Positions 9,425 through 19,926 of a stretch of 49,765 nucleotides of DNA are shown piece after piece; position 1 is the stretch's first letter, and each line of letters opens with the position of its first letter. The stretch comes from a virus (taxonomy: Duplodnaviria > Caudoviricetes), in IMG/VR virus record IMGVR_UViG_3300032212_000018, positions 1 through 49,765 of that record; one strand, written 5' to 3'. Position numbers and translations under genes: made by a program. Below the pieces are notes generated by a model. The model saw only the letters and a list, made by a program, of their open reading frames with translations, ran no database searches and was not told where the DNA came from.

Positions 9425-10845
9425 TGAAAATACCGTTTCTTAATCAAACAGGTGGTTCTCGTGCTCGTGATCAAGATTACCAGCTCACTCAGAACTGGTA
9501 CGTTGAGGTATCTCAGACAGGTAAGAGTCAGATTGTCCTGTACCCAACTCCAGGGTTGACTGTATTCGGTAACTTAGGTGCTGGTCCTATCCGTGGTTCA
9601 ATCGTCTTTAATGACTTCCTGTACGTTGTAGCCGGCTCAACCGTCTATCAAGTAAACAACGCTGGTGGCGCAACAGCTTTAACTGGTACATTAAACACCA
9701 CAGGTGGTCGCGTCAGCCTAGCACATAACGGTCAACGTATTCTTATCGCTGATGGTACGAATGGGTATTTCTGCACCAGTACCGCAGTTACAACTATCAC
9801 TGATGCTGACTACCCTGATACAGCTTCTCAGTGTGTGTTCTTTGACTCGTACTTTATTGTTAATGATCCAACTAACATAGGTCGATTCTACATCTCTGAC
9901 TCGTACGCTACTGATGCAGCTAATTCATTCAGTGCAACATCATTCGCTACAGCTGAACGTGATCCTGATGGTTTAGTATCAATCGTAGCTAATAACAGAG
10001 AGTTATGGTTCATTGGTGAGGAAACAGCTGAGGTATGGTACAACTCAGGTGCTCTGACAGTACCATTCGAGCCGGTACAGAATGCTTTCTCTCAATGGGG
10101 ATGTGCCGCTGAGTACTCAACAGCTGAGGCAGACGGCTCTGTGTTCTGGCTAAGCAAGAATAAGCAAGGCCAAGGACAGGTAATACAGACTAAAGGATAC
10201 AATCCTACAATTATTTCAACAGATGCTATCGCAACTAAGATAGCTGAAATGAGTGTGATTAATGATGCGTTTGGATACACTTATCAGGCATTTCGTCACA
10301 CGTTCTATGTTCTAACCTTTCCGACAGAAGCAGTCACTTTAGTTTATGATATAGCCACACAAGCATGGCATGAATGGGTATCTAAAGACATCGGTAGGCA
10401 CAGAGGCAACTCCCATTCATTCTTTAACGGCGAACATATTATAGGGGATTACACCGATGGTAAGCTATATAAGCTTGATTACGATGTTTACACTGATAAT
10501 GGGGATGTTATCACGAGGAAGAGGCGATCTCCACATCTACATACCGACGATAAATATGCTTTCCACCGCTCTTTAAGGATTGACTTCAAAGAAGGTGTGG
10601 GTAATGGCTCTGAGACAGACCCTCAAGCAATGCTTAGGTTCTCAGACGACGGAGGACACACGTGGAGCAACGAACGCTGGCGTAGTATAGGTGCAGTAGG
10701 GGAATACAAGAATAAGGTGATATGGCGTAAACTAGGGCGTTCTGATGACCGTGTGTACGAGTTAACTATCACAGACGGTGTGTTTGCTGTAGTTTTAGAC
10801 GGTTACGCTGATATAGATACCTCTGGAGCTGAGAATGTCACATAG
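9424..10845 (+). CDS. Packaged DNA stabilisation/tail hub protein (P22 gp10-like)
   Basis: 473 aa, LYPTPGL, FATAE.DPD, SDDGGHTWS...G.Y...V.WR.LG motifs. Confidence 0.85.
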   Translation: MKIPFLNQTGGSRARDQDYQLTQNWYVEVSQTGKSQIVLYPTPGLTVFGNLGAGPIRGSIVFNDFLYVVAGSTVYQVNNAGGATALTGTLNTTGGRVSLAHNGQRILIADGTNGYFCTSTAVTTITDADYPDTASQCVFFDSYFIVNDPTNIGRFYISDSYATDAANSFSATSFATAERDPDGLVSIVANNRELWFIGEETAEVWYNSGALTVPFEPVQNAFSQWGCAAEYSTAEADGSVFWLSKNKQGQGQVIQTKGYNPTIISTDAIATKIAEMSVINDAFGYTYQAFRHTFYVLTFPTEAVTLVYDIATQAWHEWVSKDIGRHRGNSHSFFNGEHIIGDYTDGKLYKLDYDVYTDNGDVITRKRRSPHLHTDDKYAFHRSLRIDFKEGVGNGSETDPQAMLRFSDDGGHTWSNERWRSIGAVGEYKNKVIWRKLGRSDDRVYELTITDGVFAVVLDGYADIDTSGAENVT

Positions 10846-11179
10846 AACACCGATACACCCTGTTTCAGAGGTAACACCTGAATGGCTTAAGCAAGTATCT
10901 CAGTTCAGTTTAGATGTCAGACAGATTGAGGTGGATATAGACGTAACGTCTGTCCCAGCTAATACAACCTCTGAACAAGATATTACAGTTACAGGTGTAA
11001 AGGCAGAGGATACCGTTATCTCTGTTAATAAACCCTCTCACAGCACAGGCTTAGGTATCGTAGGATACAGAGTATCAGCAGATGATACAATCTCAATCAC
11101 TTACATGAACGCAACAGGTTCTGCTATAGACCCTGCCTCAGAAGAATACATTGTACTTTTATTAAAGAATAGGATTTGA
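10835..11179 (+). CDS. Small tail-associated protein
   Basis: Overlaps the gp10-like gene; beta-rich. Confidence 0.5.
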   Translation: MSHRTPIHPVSEVTPEWLKQVSQFSLDVRQIEVDIDVTSVPANTTSEQDITVTGVKAEDTVISVNKPSHSTGLGIVGYRVSADDTISITYMNATGSAIDPASEEYIVLLLKNRI

Positions 11180-11180
11180 A

Positions 11181-11834
11181 ATGGCTAATTTTATCAGTTC
11201 CTTATGGGATGATTTAACAGGGAAAACAGCTGCTGAAGAGGCTAGTGCTGGTATGCAGCAAGGAACAGCAGCTGCTACCGCTTTAGGCGAGAAAGGTCTT
11301 GCTCTTCAGCAAGAAGCCCTAGATTGGACTAAAGAGCAATGGGAGCAACAACAAGCTCAGATAGCTCCATTCCAAGCGGCTGGCTTAGAGGCCCTTTCTC
11401 GTTACCAAGCCATTCAAGCTGACCCAACAGCGTTAGCTGAAGACCCTACCATGCAATATCTACAGAGGGTAGGTCAAGAGCAGGTTGAATCCTCTGCGGC
11501 TGCTCGTGGTACTCAGTTGTCAGGGCGTACCTTAGAAGCCTTGAGTGAACGAGGTACAAGTATTGCTGCTCAGTACAGAGGGCAGGTGTTAGGTGAATTA
11601 TCTAATCTGATGGCTATGGGTACAGGTACAGGACTGCAAGCCACAGCTGGCGCTACAGGTGCTGTTGGTGCAGCTACCGGTCAGGTTGCTAAAGGGTACG
11701 GTTCTTTAGCCGACCTTGCACAACAAAGTGGTATGACTCAAGCAGCTAATATCATGGGTGCTTACGGAGGTATGTCTAGCTTATTAAGTGGTGGTTTAAT
11801 GGCTGGCGCTACGTATTTCGGAGGTAAAAAGTAA
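11181..11834 (+). CDS. DNA ejection protein (P22 gp7-like)
   Basis: Ala/Gly/Gln-rich, PFQAAG and SAAARG..LSG motifs. Confidence 0.7.
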   Translation: MANFISSLWDDLTGKTAAEEASAGMQQGTAAATALGEKGLALQQEALDWTKEQWEQQQAQIAPFQAAGLEALSRYQAIQADPTALAEDPTMQYLQRVGQEQVESSAAARGTQLSGRTLEALSERGTSIAAQYRGQVLGELSNLMAMGTGTGLQATAGATGAVGAATGQVAKGYGSLADLAQQSGMTQAANIMGAYGGMSSLLSGGLMAGATYFGGKK

Positions 11835-13006
11835 TGGCTGTTGATATCTCACAAACATTAGCAATGATTGCAGGAACACCTGGAAAGACAGTCGGTCAAG
11901 GGTTATCTAAAGCTGCTCAGTTGTACAGTCAGAAAGAGGCGCAGGCTGCTGCTGTTGATGTAGCTACCCAAAAGAATAAGATTGAACTGGCTAAGTTTAA
12001 AAAGACAACAATGCAAGATTACAGCTTCGCAATGGCTAAAGCTATGCGCGATAACCCGACAGAGGGTAAGCAGCGCGATATTGCATTAGCTGATGTTACT
12101 AAACAACACATGCCTAACCTTACATTAGCTGGTATCCCAGAAGAGGCACGGGCAGGATTATCAGCCGGTGATTATGACTCTGAAGAGCAATTCACTAATA
12201 TAGCAATGACTAATAAGAACTACGCTACTTTACTTGCCCCACAAGATAAAGGTTATTCTGCAATGGTAGAGGTTCCTGGCGCACCTGAAGGTACTCTTGG
12301 TCAAGTCAATAATAAAACAGGTGAGTGGGAAGTTAAAGTTAAACCGAATTCTCCGCTAGTTTCTATTAGCAATGAAAAAGAAGCAGCTAAGTACGCTTAT
12401 AAAAAGCTCGATGCTGCTGAAACTGTTAGAGGATTAGCGCAGAAAAAGATAGAGACTCTTGGTTTTATTGATCAACAAATGGCAGGGATAAAAACAGGTT
12501 CATTAACAGAGGTGAAAATGGCTGTTGGTAAACTCGCAGAATCCTTTGGAGCGACTATGCCTGACACGTCTAACCTAGAAGCAGCGAATGCTGGAATGGG
12601 TGACTTAACGATGAGTGTTTTAGCTGAATTCAAAGGTGCAATCTCAGATGGAGAACGTAAATTTTCAAGGGAACTGATGCCTAAGTTAACACAAACAGCA
12701 GAGGGTCGTGCTCAAATATCCAGCTTTATACGTGCTGGCTCTGAAAGGGCAATAGAGCACCACCGACAGATGGATGCTTACATTGCTGAGAATGGAACAT
12801 TGCACGCTAAAGGCGGGAAAGATTCGTTCTTTAAACAATGGGACGAGTACCAGAAAGCGAATCCTTTATTCTCAAAGGAACGTCAAAAAGAGTTATCAGT
12901 AATCGCAGATTCAACACGCACAGGTAGAGATGAATCCGGTAAAAGAGTTTACTTATTATCGAACGGTAAAACTGTTTATTCAGACGGCTCGGAGTACAAA
13001 GAGTAA
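11834..13006 (+). CDS. DNA ejection protein (P22 gp20-like position)
   Basis: Helical, KGAISDGE motif, second of three coupled genes. Confidence 0.6.
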   Translation: MAVDISQTLAMIAGTPGKTVGQGLSKAAQLYSQKEAQAAAVDVATQKNKIELAKFKKTTMQDYSFAMAKAMRDNPTEGKQRDIALADVTKQHMPNLTLAGIPEEARAGLSAGDYDSEEQFTNIAMTNKNYATLLAPQDKGYSAMVEVPGAPEGTLGQVNNKTGEWEVKVKPNSPLVSISNEKEAAKYAYKKLDAAETVRGLAQKKIETLGFIDQQMAGIKTGSLTEVKMAVGKLAESFGATMPDTSNLEAANAGMGDLTMSVLAEFKGAISDGERKFSRELMPKLTQTAEGRAQISSFIRAGSERAIEHHRQMDAYIAENGTLHAKGGKDSFFKQWDEYQKANPLFSKERQKELSVIADSTRTGRDESGKRVYLLSNGKTVYSDGSEYKE

Positions 13007-14997
13007 TGAGCATCACATGGGATAAAGGTGTTGTTGAGAAAAAGGGTGTTGTCTGGGATGATGCTGCTCCAGAGTCTGTTGATTTATCTATTCACGAGCC
13101 AGAAGTAGAAACTGATAAAATAGCAGACTTCAAGAAAATGATCCGTGCATCAGACCCTTTGGTTCGAGCAATGAAAACCTCAGAAGAGCAGGAGATTGCT
13201 TTCGGTAAAGGTATGTCCTCTGTGTACGCAGGGTTGAAGCAGCTTTATTTAGAGAACTTTGGTGATCCAGAAACTTTAAAAATGTTTAATGAAAAGATTA
13301 AACGTGAAGATGAGATTTACAATAATTCAGATTTACCTGATTCTTGGAGTAATAAAATCTCTTTATTCTTAGGAGAGGCTACACCTTACATGGCAGTTGG
13401 TACATTAGCCCCGACTGTGGCAGGTACAGGGACAGGTGGTGTTCTGATGCGTACAGCGGCTTCATCGGCTGCTGGTGGAGCTACATCTGGGGCTATGTTT
13501 GTAAATGACGGTGAATCAAGATTGTCTAATCTGTACAAAGGTATGGCGATGGGGGCATTCGGTCAGGGTGTTGTTGATGCTTTTACTCGACTACCTAGAT
13601 TTGTGGCTACACGGTACTTATCCGCTGCTCAAAAGACAGAAGCGTACAAAGAAGCTGATAACCTAATAAAACACGTAAAAGATAACACAGGTATAGATGT
13701 TAATTTAGACTTATACCAAATGTCTTTAACTCCATCAGCGCAATCGGCGATGATTGCTGAGGCTAGATCCCCTGCTGGTGCAGACTTTCTGTCTCAACGG
13801 GCGATGTCGTCTGTTAATAAAGTACGTACAGTTTACTTTAAAACACTGGCAAAGTACGCTAATGTTAAAACTAAGAGTAAATCATTAGTTGCTAATGTAC
13901 ACAACGCCTTTGATGGTTACGTAGAAACCCTTAAGACTAATCGGAATAATAACTGGCAGAAAATATTTAACGACTTGCCTGATGCTGCAAAGAAAAGTAA
14001 GGTGCTTGATCACTTCAATACCAAGAACACAATAGATGATATCATTCTTGATTTAGAGAAACCCCTTGCCCCTCCTGAATATAAATCACTACTCGGCAAG
14101 ATGTTAAAGCTAAAAGAAGGACTTGGGTCTCAAGGGAAACTATCAGTTGAAGAGTTGCAGTATGTAATGGAGAAGTACGGTAAACTCGCATCTCCTAAAA
14201 ATATACCTACCAGCTTACAAGGGCAAGAGTCTGTTAAGATGTACGGTCGTGTGTTCGGTGCATTAAAAGATGATCTGGATTCATTTGCTGATGATAAGGC
14301 TCTCGGTGCTATCGGACAAACGCTGAAAACAGCTCGTGACAGGTATCGTGTTGATTCAGGCATCATTGATGAAGCTAAGCTGTCAACTCTTGGTAAAATG
14401 CTTGGAAAACCTGTACAAGAGTTAAATGTTGAAACTGTATCTAATAAAATAGCTAGTTTATCGGGTGATGAATTAAAGTTCGCCCATAAGATATTCAATA
14501 GTATTGACACTCAAGTTATGAAAGATGTAGCTGGTCATACAATGAAAAAAGCATGGAACGGGGCGGTCATCGATTACTCACCAGCTGGTATGCCTAATAT
14601 CAACCTAACTAAGTTCATCAAAGACCTCCCTAGCGAAGAAAAACTAGGTATTTTACTTAATAATCCAGGTGCTAGACAAGATATTATTAAAACTGTTAAG
14701 CTTGTAGATCGAGTCTCTAAATCATTATCAGTTAATGCTAAGAATCCAGTCGAGGGTATTCAAAACATAGCTGGTATCGCAGGCTCTGGTGATACGACCT
14801 TTATTAATATCTTTTTAGCAAAGACATTCGGCCCTAAGTTATTCAGGTCTTTGGCAACAAATGAAGGACGTGCTGCTTTACAGACAGTACTAACATCTCA
14901 GAATAAACCTGTGGTGGCAGCAGCTATGGCTGTATTAGCTGAACAGAACGATGATTTCATACCCGTAAAAGAGCAGGAGCAGCAGGATGCAAAATAA
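13006..14997 (+). CDS. DNA ejection protein (P22 gp16-like position)
   Basis: 663 aa, helical with a Gly/Ala-rich hydrophobic segment; third ejection gene. Confidence 0.6.
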   Translation: MSITWDKGVVEKKGVVWDDAAPESVDLSIHEPEVETDKIADFKKMIRASDPLVRAMKTSEEQEIAFGKGMSSVYAGLKQLYLENFGDPETLKMFNEKIKREDEIYNNSDLPDSWSNKISLFLGEATPYMAVGTLAPTVAGTGTGGVLMRTAASSAAGGATSGAMFVNDGESRLSNLYKGMAMGAFGQGVVDAFTRLPRFVATRYLSAAQKTEAYKEADNLIKHVKDNTGIDVNLDLYQMSLTPSAQSAMIAEARSPAGADFLSQRAMSSVNKVRTVYFKTLAKYANVKTKSKSLVANVHNAFDGYVETLKTNRNNNWQKIFNDLPDAAKKSKVLDHFNTKNTIDDIILDLEKPLAPPEYKSLLGKMLKLKEGLGSQGKLSVEELQYVMEKYGKLASPKNIPTSLQGQESVKMYGRVFGALKDDLDSFADDKALGAIGQTLKTARDRYRVDSGIIDEAKLSTLGKMLGKPVQELNVETVSNKIASLSGDELKFAHKIFNSIDTQVMKDVAGHTMKKAWNGAVIDYSPAGMPNINLTKFIKDLPSEEKLGILLNNPGARQDIIKTVKLVDRVSKSLSVNAKNPVEGIQNIAGIAGSGDTTFINIFLAKTFGPKLFRSLATNEGRAALQTVLTSQNKPVVAAAMAVLAEQNDDFIPVKEQEQQDAK

Positions 14998-15247
14998 AGG
15001 ATCAGGTAAAGGATCGAACGAAGACCTAAAGAAAGCCTTAGAGGAAGTTCTTGACGCAAGAGCACCTGTGGATAAAGAGACTCATATCAAACATCATAAG
15101 TTCATTGATGTACTGATTGAAGAGTGGGAGAAGAAGAAAGAGCGTAACGAGAAGATCAAGACTCAGGTTATGGGCTGGGGCGTTATATTATTACTAGGTG
15201 CTATCGGTAAAGCTGTGTACCATTACTTTGTTAATCATGGAGGCTGA
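14987..15247 (+). CDS. Single-TM membrane protein (possible holin/antiholin)
   Basis: C-terminal hydrophobic helix VMGWGVILLLGAIG; AGGAG RBS. Confidence 0.5.
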   Translation: MQNKGSGKGSNEDLKKALEEVLDARAPVDKETHIKHHKFIDVLIEEWEKKKERNEKIKTQVMGWGVILLLGAIGKAVYHYFVNHGG

Positions 15248-15249
15248 TC

Positions 15250-17517
15250 GTGCCTAATCCTTTCCAGTACCCTGTCTTTACAGCTCGTCATCCTACGACA
15301 AACGTACCCCTTGAAGGTGGTAAGGTTTACTTCTACGATGCAGGTACAACTGATCTAAAAGATACTTACTCAGACAGTACATTACAGACAGCTAATACTA
15401 ACCCTGTTCAATTAGATGCTAACGGTGAAGCGGATATCTACCTCTCTGGTTCGTACAAGGTTAAGCTAGATCAAGCTGATGATACGCAAGTGTGGGTGTA
15501 CGATAACATCACTGCGATTGAGGAGCTGTCTGAGTGGACTATCTTAGGGGCAGCTACGTATGTATCAGCTACCTCTTTTACTGTGTCTGGTGATCAGACA
15601 TCGGTACTGCATCCAGGTAGACGTGTAAAACTCGCTGATTCAAGTACCTTGTACGGTACTATTACAGCGTCTGTGTACGGTGTAGTTACTACTGTCACGG
15701 TTGTTCTTGATTCAGGTTCTGTGACTAACTCACTTACTTCTTGTAATTACGGTATTATATCAACTGATAATACTTCAATCGGTTTCTTACAGACAGGTAC
15801 TGGAGCTAAAGGTCGTTCTTTAAATGATAAGTTATGTGATGTTGTTTCAGTTAAAGATTTCGGGGCGACAGGAGATGGCTCGACTGATGATACAAATGCT
15901 ATCCAAGTAGGAATAGATGCTATTGCTGAGGTAGATGGTGCTTATTTATATTTTCCCGTAGGTGATTATCTTATAACATCTACCCTGACACTCAGGTCTA
16001 ATTTGTGGTTAGATGGAGCAGGTGAAGGGACGTTTATGGATTTCACTACAGCAACGGCGTATGATAATTTATTCGAATTCAATGCTGCTCAAATAGATGA
16101 TGTCCGTATATCTAATATGAGAATACGAGGACAATCTGATGATTCGGATGTAGCTAAATTGTCGGAGGGATGTGCTGTGTGTTTAACATCCTCTTCAAGA
16201 ATGGAAAGATTTAAAGCCTTTAACTTAAGAATCGAACGCTTCCATCAAGGTATCCGTATTAATCAAACAGCCGGATTTGCTGAGTCACCTGATATCTCAC
16301 ATTGTTGGTTCGACGAGATAGCGTACTCTTGTATAGACTTAAGGAATTGTAAATCACCTACTGTATCCCATAATACTTTTGATCTGAACAGGACAGGTGT
16401 TGGTAACGCAGTAGATACTATTGTAGGTGTATGGGCAGCGGCAGGAGAGACGGGAGAAGTCAATAATACAATGGTACGAGTTATTGATAACACTGTATGG
16501 GAAGGCTCTGGAGAGAGTATTAACATACAGGCATCCACAGCTACTATTACAGGAAATACTGTCGATAATGCTGGTCCTGATGCTATTATGTTTGAGCCAG
16601 TTGTACAAACAGCTCCTACTTTAGATGAGTCGAGACACGTATCTGTCATCTCTGGGAACGTAGTGACTAACTACGGGGATCGGGGGATAACTGTACGTAA
16701 TGATCCTGCGAACAATACAAGGGCTGGTACACATGTTGTAATAACTAATAATGTAGTAGAAACTGGTACTCAGGGTATGCGTATCGGTTGGGGTACTGCA
16801 ACCACATCAGGGCCAGCTAATATCCTTATTGCTAATAATTTAATATCCGATGCTACCGGAGCGAGTATTGTATTACAAGATGCCTCTGGGGTCACTCTTA
16901 GCGGCAATATGCTGACTGATTCAGGTGCTCAAGGCATGAATATTATAGATAGCGATAATATCTCTATAACAGGTGGATTCGTTAAAGGGTCAGGTGCTAC
17001 CTCGGATGGTATCGTTCTTGATGGTACAGATAATGTGGTGATGACGGGTGTTCTTATTGCTAATACAGGGAGGTATGGTATAGAAGTATCGAATTCATCT
17101 GATAATGTTAATGTATCTTATAACGTGTTTGAAGATGATCAAGGTACGCCCACTATGGATAGTGGTGTTCATGTTACATCAGGTACTAATATTTATCAAC
17201 AAGGTAATACTGTTAATGGAAATACAGGAGTCGCTATCTCAGGTGTTATTATCCCTACTTTAGCGAATGACGCTACCCCTAGCGTAAAGAACGGCTCTGT
17301 ATTTTTAACAGGTGGAACAACTACAGTGACCGATTTTGATGATGGATTTACTGGACAACAGATAATTATCTTATCAGAACATAGTATCACTATAACAGAC
17401 GGTACGAATATATTCCTTAACGGATCTGCTAATTTCGTTATGGCAAGCTCAGATAGCTTAACTTTACTACAAAAAGCAGACGGTAAGTGGTACGAAGTAT
17501 CTAGGAGTGTGAATTAA
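15250..17517 (+). CDS. Tailspike, right-handed beta-helix (pectate-lyase-3-like polysaccharide depolymerase)
   Basis: N-terminal anchor paralogous to 7976; VSVKDFGATGDGSTDDT.AIQ motif; many I..N beta-helix repeats. Confidence 0.85.
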   Translation: MPNPFQYPVFTARHPTTNVPLEGGKVYFYDAGTTDLKDTYSDSTLQTANTNPVQLDANGEADIYLSGSYKVKLDQADDTQVWVYDNITAIEELSEWTILGAATYVSATSFTVSGDQTSVLHPGRRVKLADSSTLYGTITASVYGVVTTVTVVLDSGSVTNSLTSCNYGIISTDNTSIGFLQTGTGAKGRSLNDKLCDVVSVKDFGATGDGSTDDTNAIQVGIDAIAEVDGAYLYFPVGDYLITSTLTLRSNLWLDGAGEGTFMDFTTATAYDNLFEFNAAQIDDVRISNMRIRGQSDDSDVAKLSEGCAVCLTSSSRMERFKAFNLRIERFHQGIRINQTAGFAESPDISHCWFDEIAYSCIDLRNCKSPTVSHNTFDLNRTGVGNAVDTIVGVWAAAGETGEVNNTMVRVIDNTVWEGSGESINIQASTATITGNTVDNAGPDAIMFEPVVQTAPTLDESRHVSVISGNVVTNYGDRGITVRNDPANNTRAGTHVVITNNVVETGTQGMRIGWGTATTSGPANILIANNLISDATGASIVLQDASGVTLSGNMLTDSGAQGMNIIDSDNISITGGFVKGSGATSDGIVLDGTDNVVMTGVLIANTGRYGIEVSNSSDNVNVSYNVFEDDQGTPTMDSGVHVTSGTNIYQQGNTVNGNTGVAISGVIIPTLANDATPSVKNGSVFLTGGTTTVTDFDDGFTGQQIIILSEHSITITDGTNIFLNGSANFVMASSDSLTLLQKADGKWYEVSRSVN

Positions 17518-17571
17518 TGGGCATTGTATCAATACTTCCAAGTTTAGTATCATTAGGGTCTGAGGTGTAAA

Positions 17572-17976
17572 ATGAATTTACTAAGTTTAATCGGAAATAT
17601 CTTTCAGCCAGCAGCTGATCTAATTGATAATCTCCACACCTCTGAAGAAGAAAGACTTCAGGTTAAGATGAAGATGTTCGAAGCTCAAATGGAAGCTGCA
17701 CAGCAAGCCCAGAAGTACGAGTCAGAATTACTTAAAGCTAAAGCTGAAATAATCACGGCAGAGGCTAAAGGTGATTCGTGGATTCAGAGGAACTGGCGAC
17801 CAGTTACCATGCTGACATTCCTTGTGCTTGTTGTGCTGGATGCTCTGGGTGTCCTACCTAACCCATTAGCACAGGAAGCGTGGACATTACTTCAGCTTGG
17901 ATTAGGCGGGTACGTGGTAGGACGTTCAGTAGAAAAAGTTACGCCAATGGTAACTAAAGTAATGAGAAAAGACTAA
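17572..17976 (+). CDS. Holin (3TM / GTA-holin family)
   Basis: IDNLHTSEEE...AEA...W.QRNWRP...GLGGYVVGRS.EK motif. Confidence 0.8.
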   Translation: MNLLSLIGNIFQPAADLIDNLHTSEEERLQVKMKMFEAQMEAAQQAQKYESELLKAKAEIITAEAKGDSWIQRNWRPVTMLTFLVLVVLDALGVLPNPLAQEAWTLLQLGLGGYVVGRSVEKVTPMVTKVMRKD

Positions 17977-18515
17977 CACCAATCGGTCATTACATTGTAT
18001 TTCCTAGCTTTCTTTCTGTTCGCTGAAGTGTATAACAACTGTAGATTGTACTCACAATGTAGTCCACAAACTAAAGGGTGATTAAGTGGTATAGTGTGAT
18101 CAACTTCTACCCCCTCCTTCGTCCTCTCCCCTTCCATGATTGCACCTTCATAAAATAACCTGATATACCCGTCGTTCGCCCACGCAGGAGATGCGTTTAG
18201 TTTATCTGCACGTACTTTTGCTGCGTATATTAACTCATCACACCTATTGTTCTTATACCATTCTTTTCTATATACCCTCAAGTTTTCTTTATTTTGTCTC
18301 TTATAGTCCTTGCTTTTCTCTAAACATTTTCTCTTATTGTTGTGATAATACTCACGACCCTTTTCGTTTAACTCTTCCTTGTGTGTGGCCTTGTATACCT
18401 TATTTAACTGTTTCGTACAATCCTTACAATAAGTGTGACACCCATCTGATGCTGATTTTTGATTATGGAATTCATCAAAACCTTTTGTTTCATTGCATAT
18501 TTTACATGTTTTCAT
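17973..18515 (-). CDS. HNH homing endonuclease
   Basis: CxxC pairs at the N-terminus; EVDH.IPL.HPLVCGLH...NLQ.L....N. Confidence 0.85.
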   Translation of the reverse strand: MKTCKICNETKGFDEFHNQKSASDGCHTYCKDCTKQLNKVYKATHKEELNEKGREYYHNNKRKCLEKSKDYKRQNKENLRVYRKEWYKNNRCDELIYAAKVRADKLNASPAWANDGYIRLFYEGAIMEGERTKEGVEVDHTIPLNHPLVCGLHCEYNLQLLYTSANRKKARKYNVMTDWC

Positions 18516-18525
18516 ATTTTCTCCT

Positions 18526-18547
18526 AAAAACCCTCCGAAGAGGGCTT
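18526..18547 (-). terminator. Rho-independent terminator ending the replication/lysis operon just before the HNH gene
   Basis: Minus strand GCCCTC-TTCG-GAGGGT followed by TTTT. Confidence 0.75.
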
Positions 18548-18566
18548 ATGGGAAGAGGACGACTAG

Positions 18567-18989
18567 CTACACCTCAAACGTCTGTGGGAACTCAGAATCA
18601 ATCTTAGCCTTTTGTTTAGCATCCTCTAGTGAAGAGCAGCCACATACCGAAACATATCGCCAATATAGATCAGTATAGTATGGATCATCCCTTATCCATT
18701 CCTTTTTCCGTAATTCAAATGGAAATTTATCAGATACTTTTACATCATTTTCCAGTGTAATGCTAGGAAAATACACAACCTTATAAGTATCAGCAGCCTC
18801 AAACTCTGCTTTAGCTTCGGCTAACTTCTCTTCTTGCTCTCTGAACTCTTCTGCTGTTAATTTCTCTGCCATCTCGAACTCCTGCTTAAAGCTATTATTT
18901 AATACGTTTGTTTGACCTACATCGTCATAATAAATAACGACATCTTCACCATCTGTTACACTCACTGATACCGGTTTCCAATTAGTCAT
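18567..18989 (-). CDS. Hypothetical protein
   Basis: 140-aa ORF with GGAG RBS. Confidence 0.55.
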   Translation of the reverse strand: MTNWKPVSVSVTDGEDVVIYYDDVGQTNVLNNSFKQEFEMAEKLTAEEFREQEEKLAEAKAEFEAADTYKVVYFPSITLENDVKVSDKFPFELRKKEWIRDDPYYTDLYWRYVSVCGCSSLEDAKQKAKIDSEFPQTFEV

Positions 18990-19006
18990 CTCCGCCTCTA
19001 TCTGGT

Positions 19007-19435
19007 TTAATAAAAGAAATCTTTACGTTCTAATCCAATCAAAGTCCTCATATCAATATGAAGGAACTGCTTTTCTACATTCAGTCCAACGCTCCAACCT
19101 AACTCCCTTGCTAGATGATGTAACTCTCCCCTCGCTGTTCCGTCCATCCCTCTGATACTTATATCAGCTGCTAACGTCCCTATCCCTCCCCTCTCCTTGT
19201 TCTCTGTAAGATGTAGACTCCTAGGGTGTCCTCCTACAGCCTCGTTATGAGCAGGGGAGCGACAGCAAGATGTTATAGTCATTGACTTCCCCCATCTGAA
19301 TCTTAATCGAGAGAGTTCCTGGAGGAACCCTGTATGGAACCGCATTGTACCTCCTCCTTTACATTTAAGTTCTTTAGCGGAAAAATGAGGAATTACCTCA
19401 AAGTCATCTGGAACCATGTAAATTGCACCCATCAT
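19007..19435 (-). CDS. Endolysin, peptidase M15 family
   Basis: HFS..EL.CK, TS..R...HN..VGG...S.H, AADI and FLHID zinc-binding motifs. Confidence 0.85.
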   Translation of the reverse strand: MMGAIYMVPDDFEVIPHFSAKELKCKGGGTMRFHTGFLQELSRLRFRWGKSMTITSCCRSPAHNEAVGGHPRSLHLTENKERGGIGTLAADISIRGMDGTARGELHHLARELGWSVGLNVEKQFLHIDMRTLIGLERKDFFY

Positions 19436-19926
19436 TTTCTCCCGTGATTTTCGTGAAAACCGTATCTCTTTTCTGCAAGTTTACGCTCAAAACATGCCTC
19501 TTCAAAATCATCAAAACGTCCTATATACTTTAATACATTATCAATACCTATAGAGACCTGCCATTTGTTGTGTCTTTTGTGCCAAGAGACTCCAACAACC
19601 CCTGATGTATTATTACTACGTAGTTGCGTATTACAACAATTGGTTTGGTTATCAACCACTCTCAAGTTAAATATACTGTTGTTTAACCTATCACCATCTA
19701 TATGATCTATCTGATCTTTAGGCCAATTACCTGTGGTATATAACCACGCCAATCTATGAGCTTGATATTTTACACCATCTATTTTTATACGCCAATATCC
19801 GTTATTTTCTTTCCACCCCGCCTTTAGTTGTTTGCTTACACCGCTTCTTCTTTTCTTCCAATAAAAATCTCCAGTACTTACGTTATAATCTAACAACCCT
19901 TTAAGCGCATCCTGTGTTAAGCTCAT
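19432..19926 (-). CDS. HNH homing endonuclease with AP2-like C-terminus
   Basis: AHRLAWLY..G.WP..QIDHIDGDRLNN..NLR; NTSGVVGV.W; likely start MSLTQ at 19926 overlapping the nrdJ stop. Confidence 0.85.
   Translation of the reverse strand: MSLTQDALKGLLDYNVSTGDFYWKKRRSGVSKQLKAGWKENNGYWRIKIDGVKYQAHRLAWLYTTGNWPKDQIDHIDGDRLNNSIFNLRVVDNQTNCCNTQLRSNNTSGVVGVSWHKRHNKWQVSIGIDNVLKYIGRFDDFEEACFERKLAEKRYGFHENHGRK

Noticed and set aside
7399-17390. Antisense and alternate-frame ORFs inside structural genes (for example 7478, 14130, 16263)
   Set aside because: Shadow ORFs of well-supported genes; the same applies to + strand ORFs in the replication arm.
15250-17517. Diversity-generating retroelement acting on tail genes
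   Set aside because: No reverse transcriptase and no TR/VR pair seen; similarity to 7976 is confined to the N-terminal anchor.
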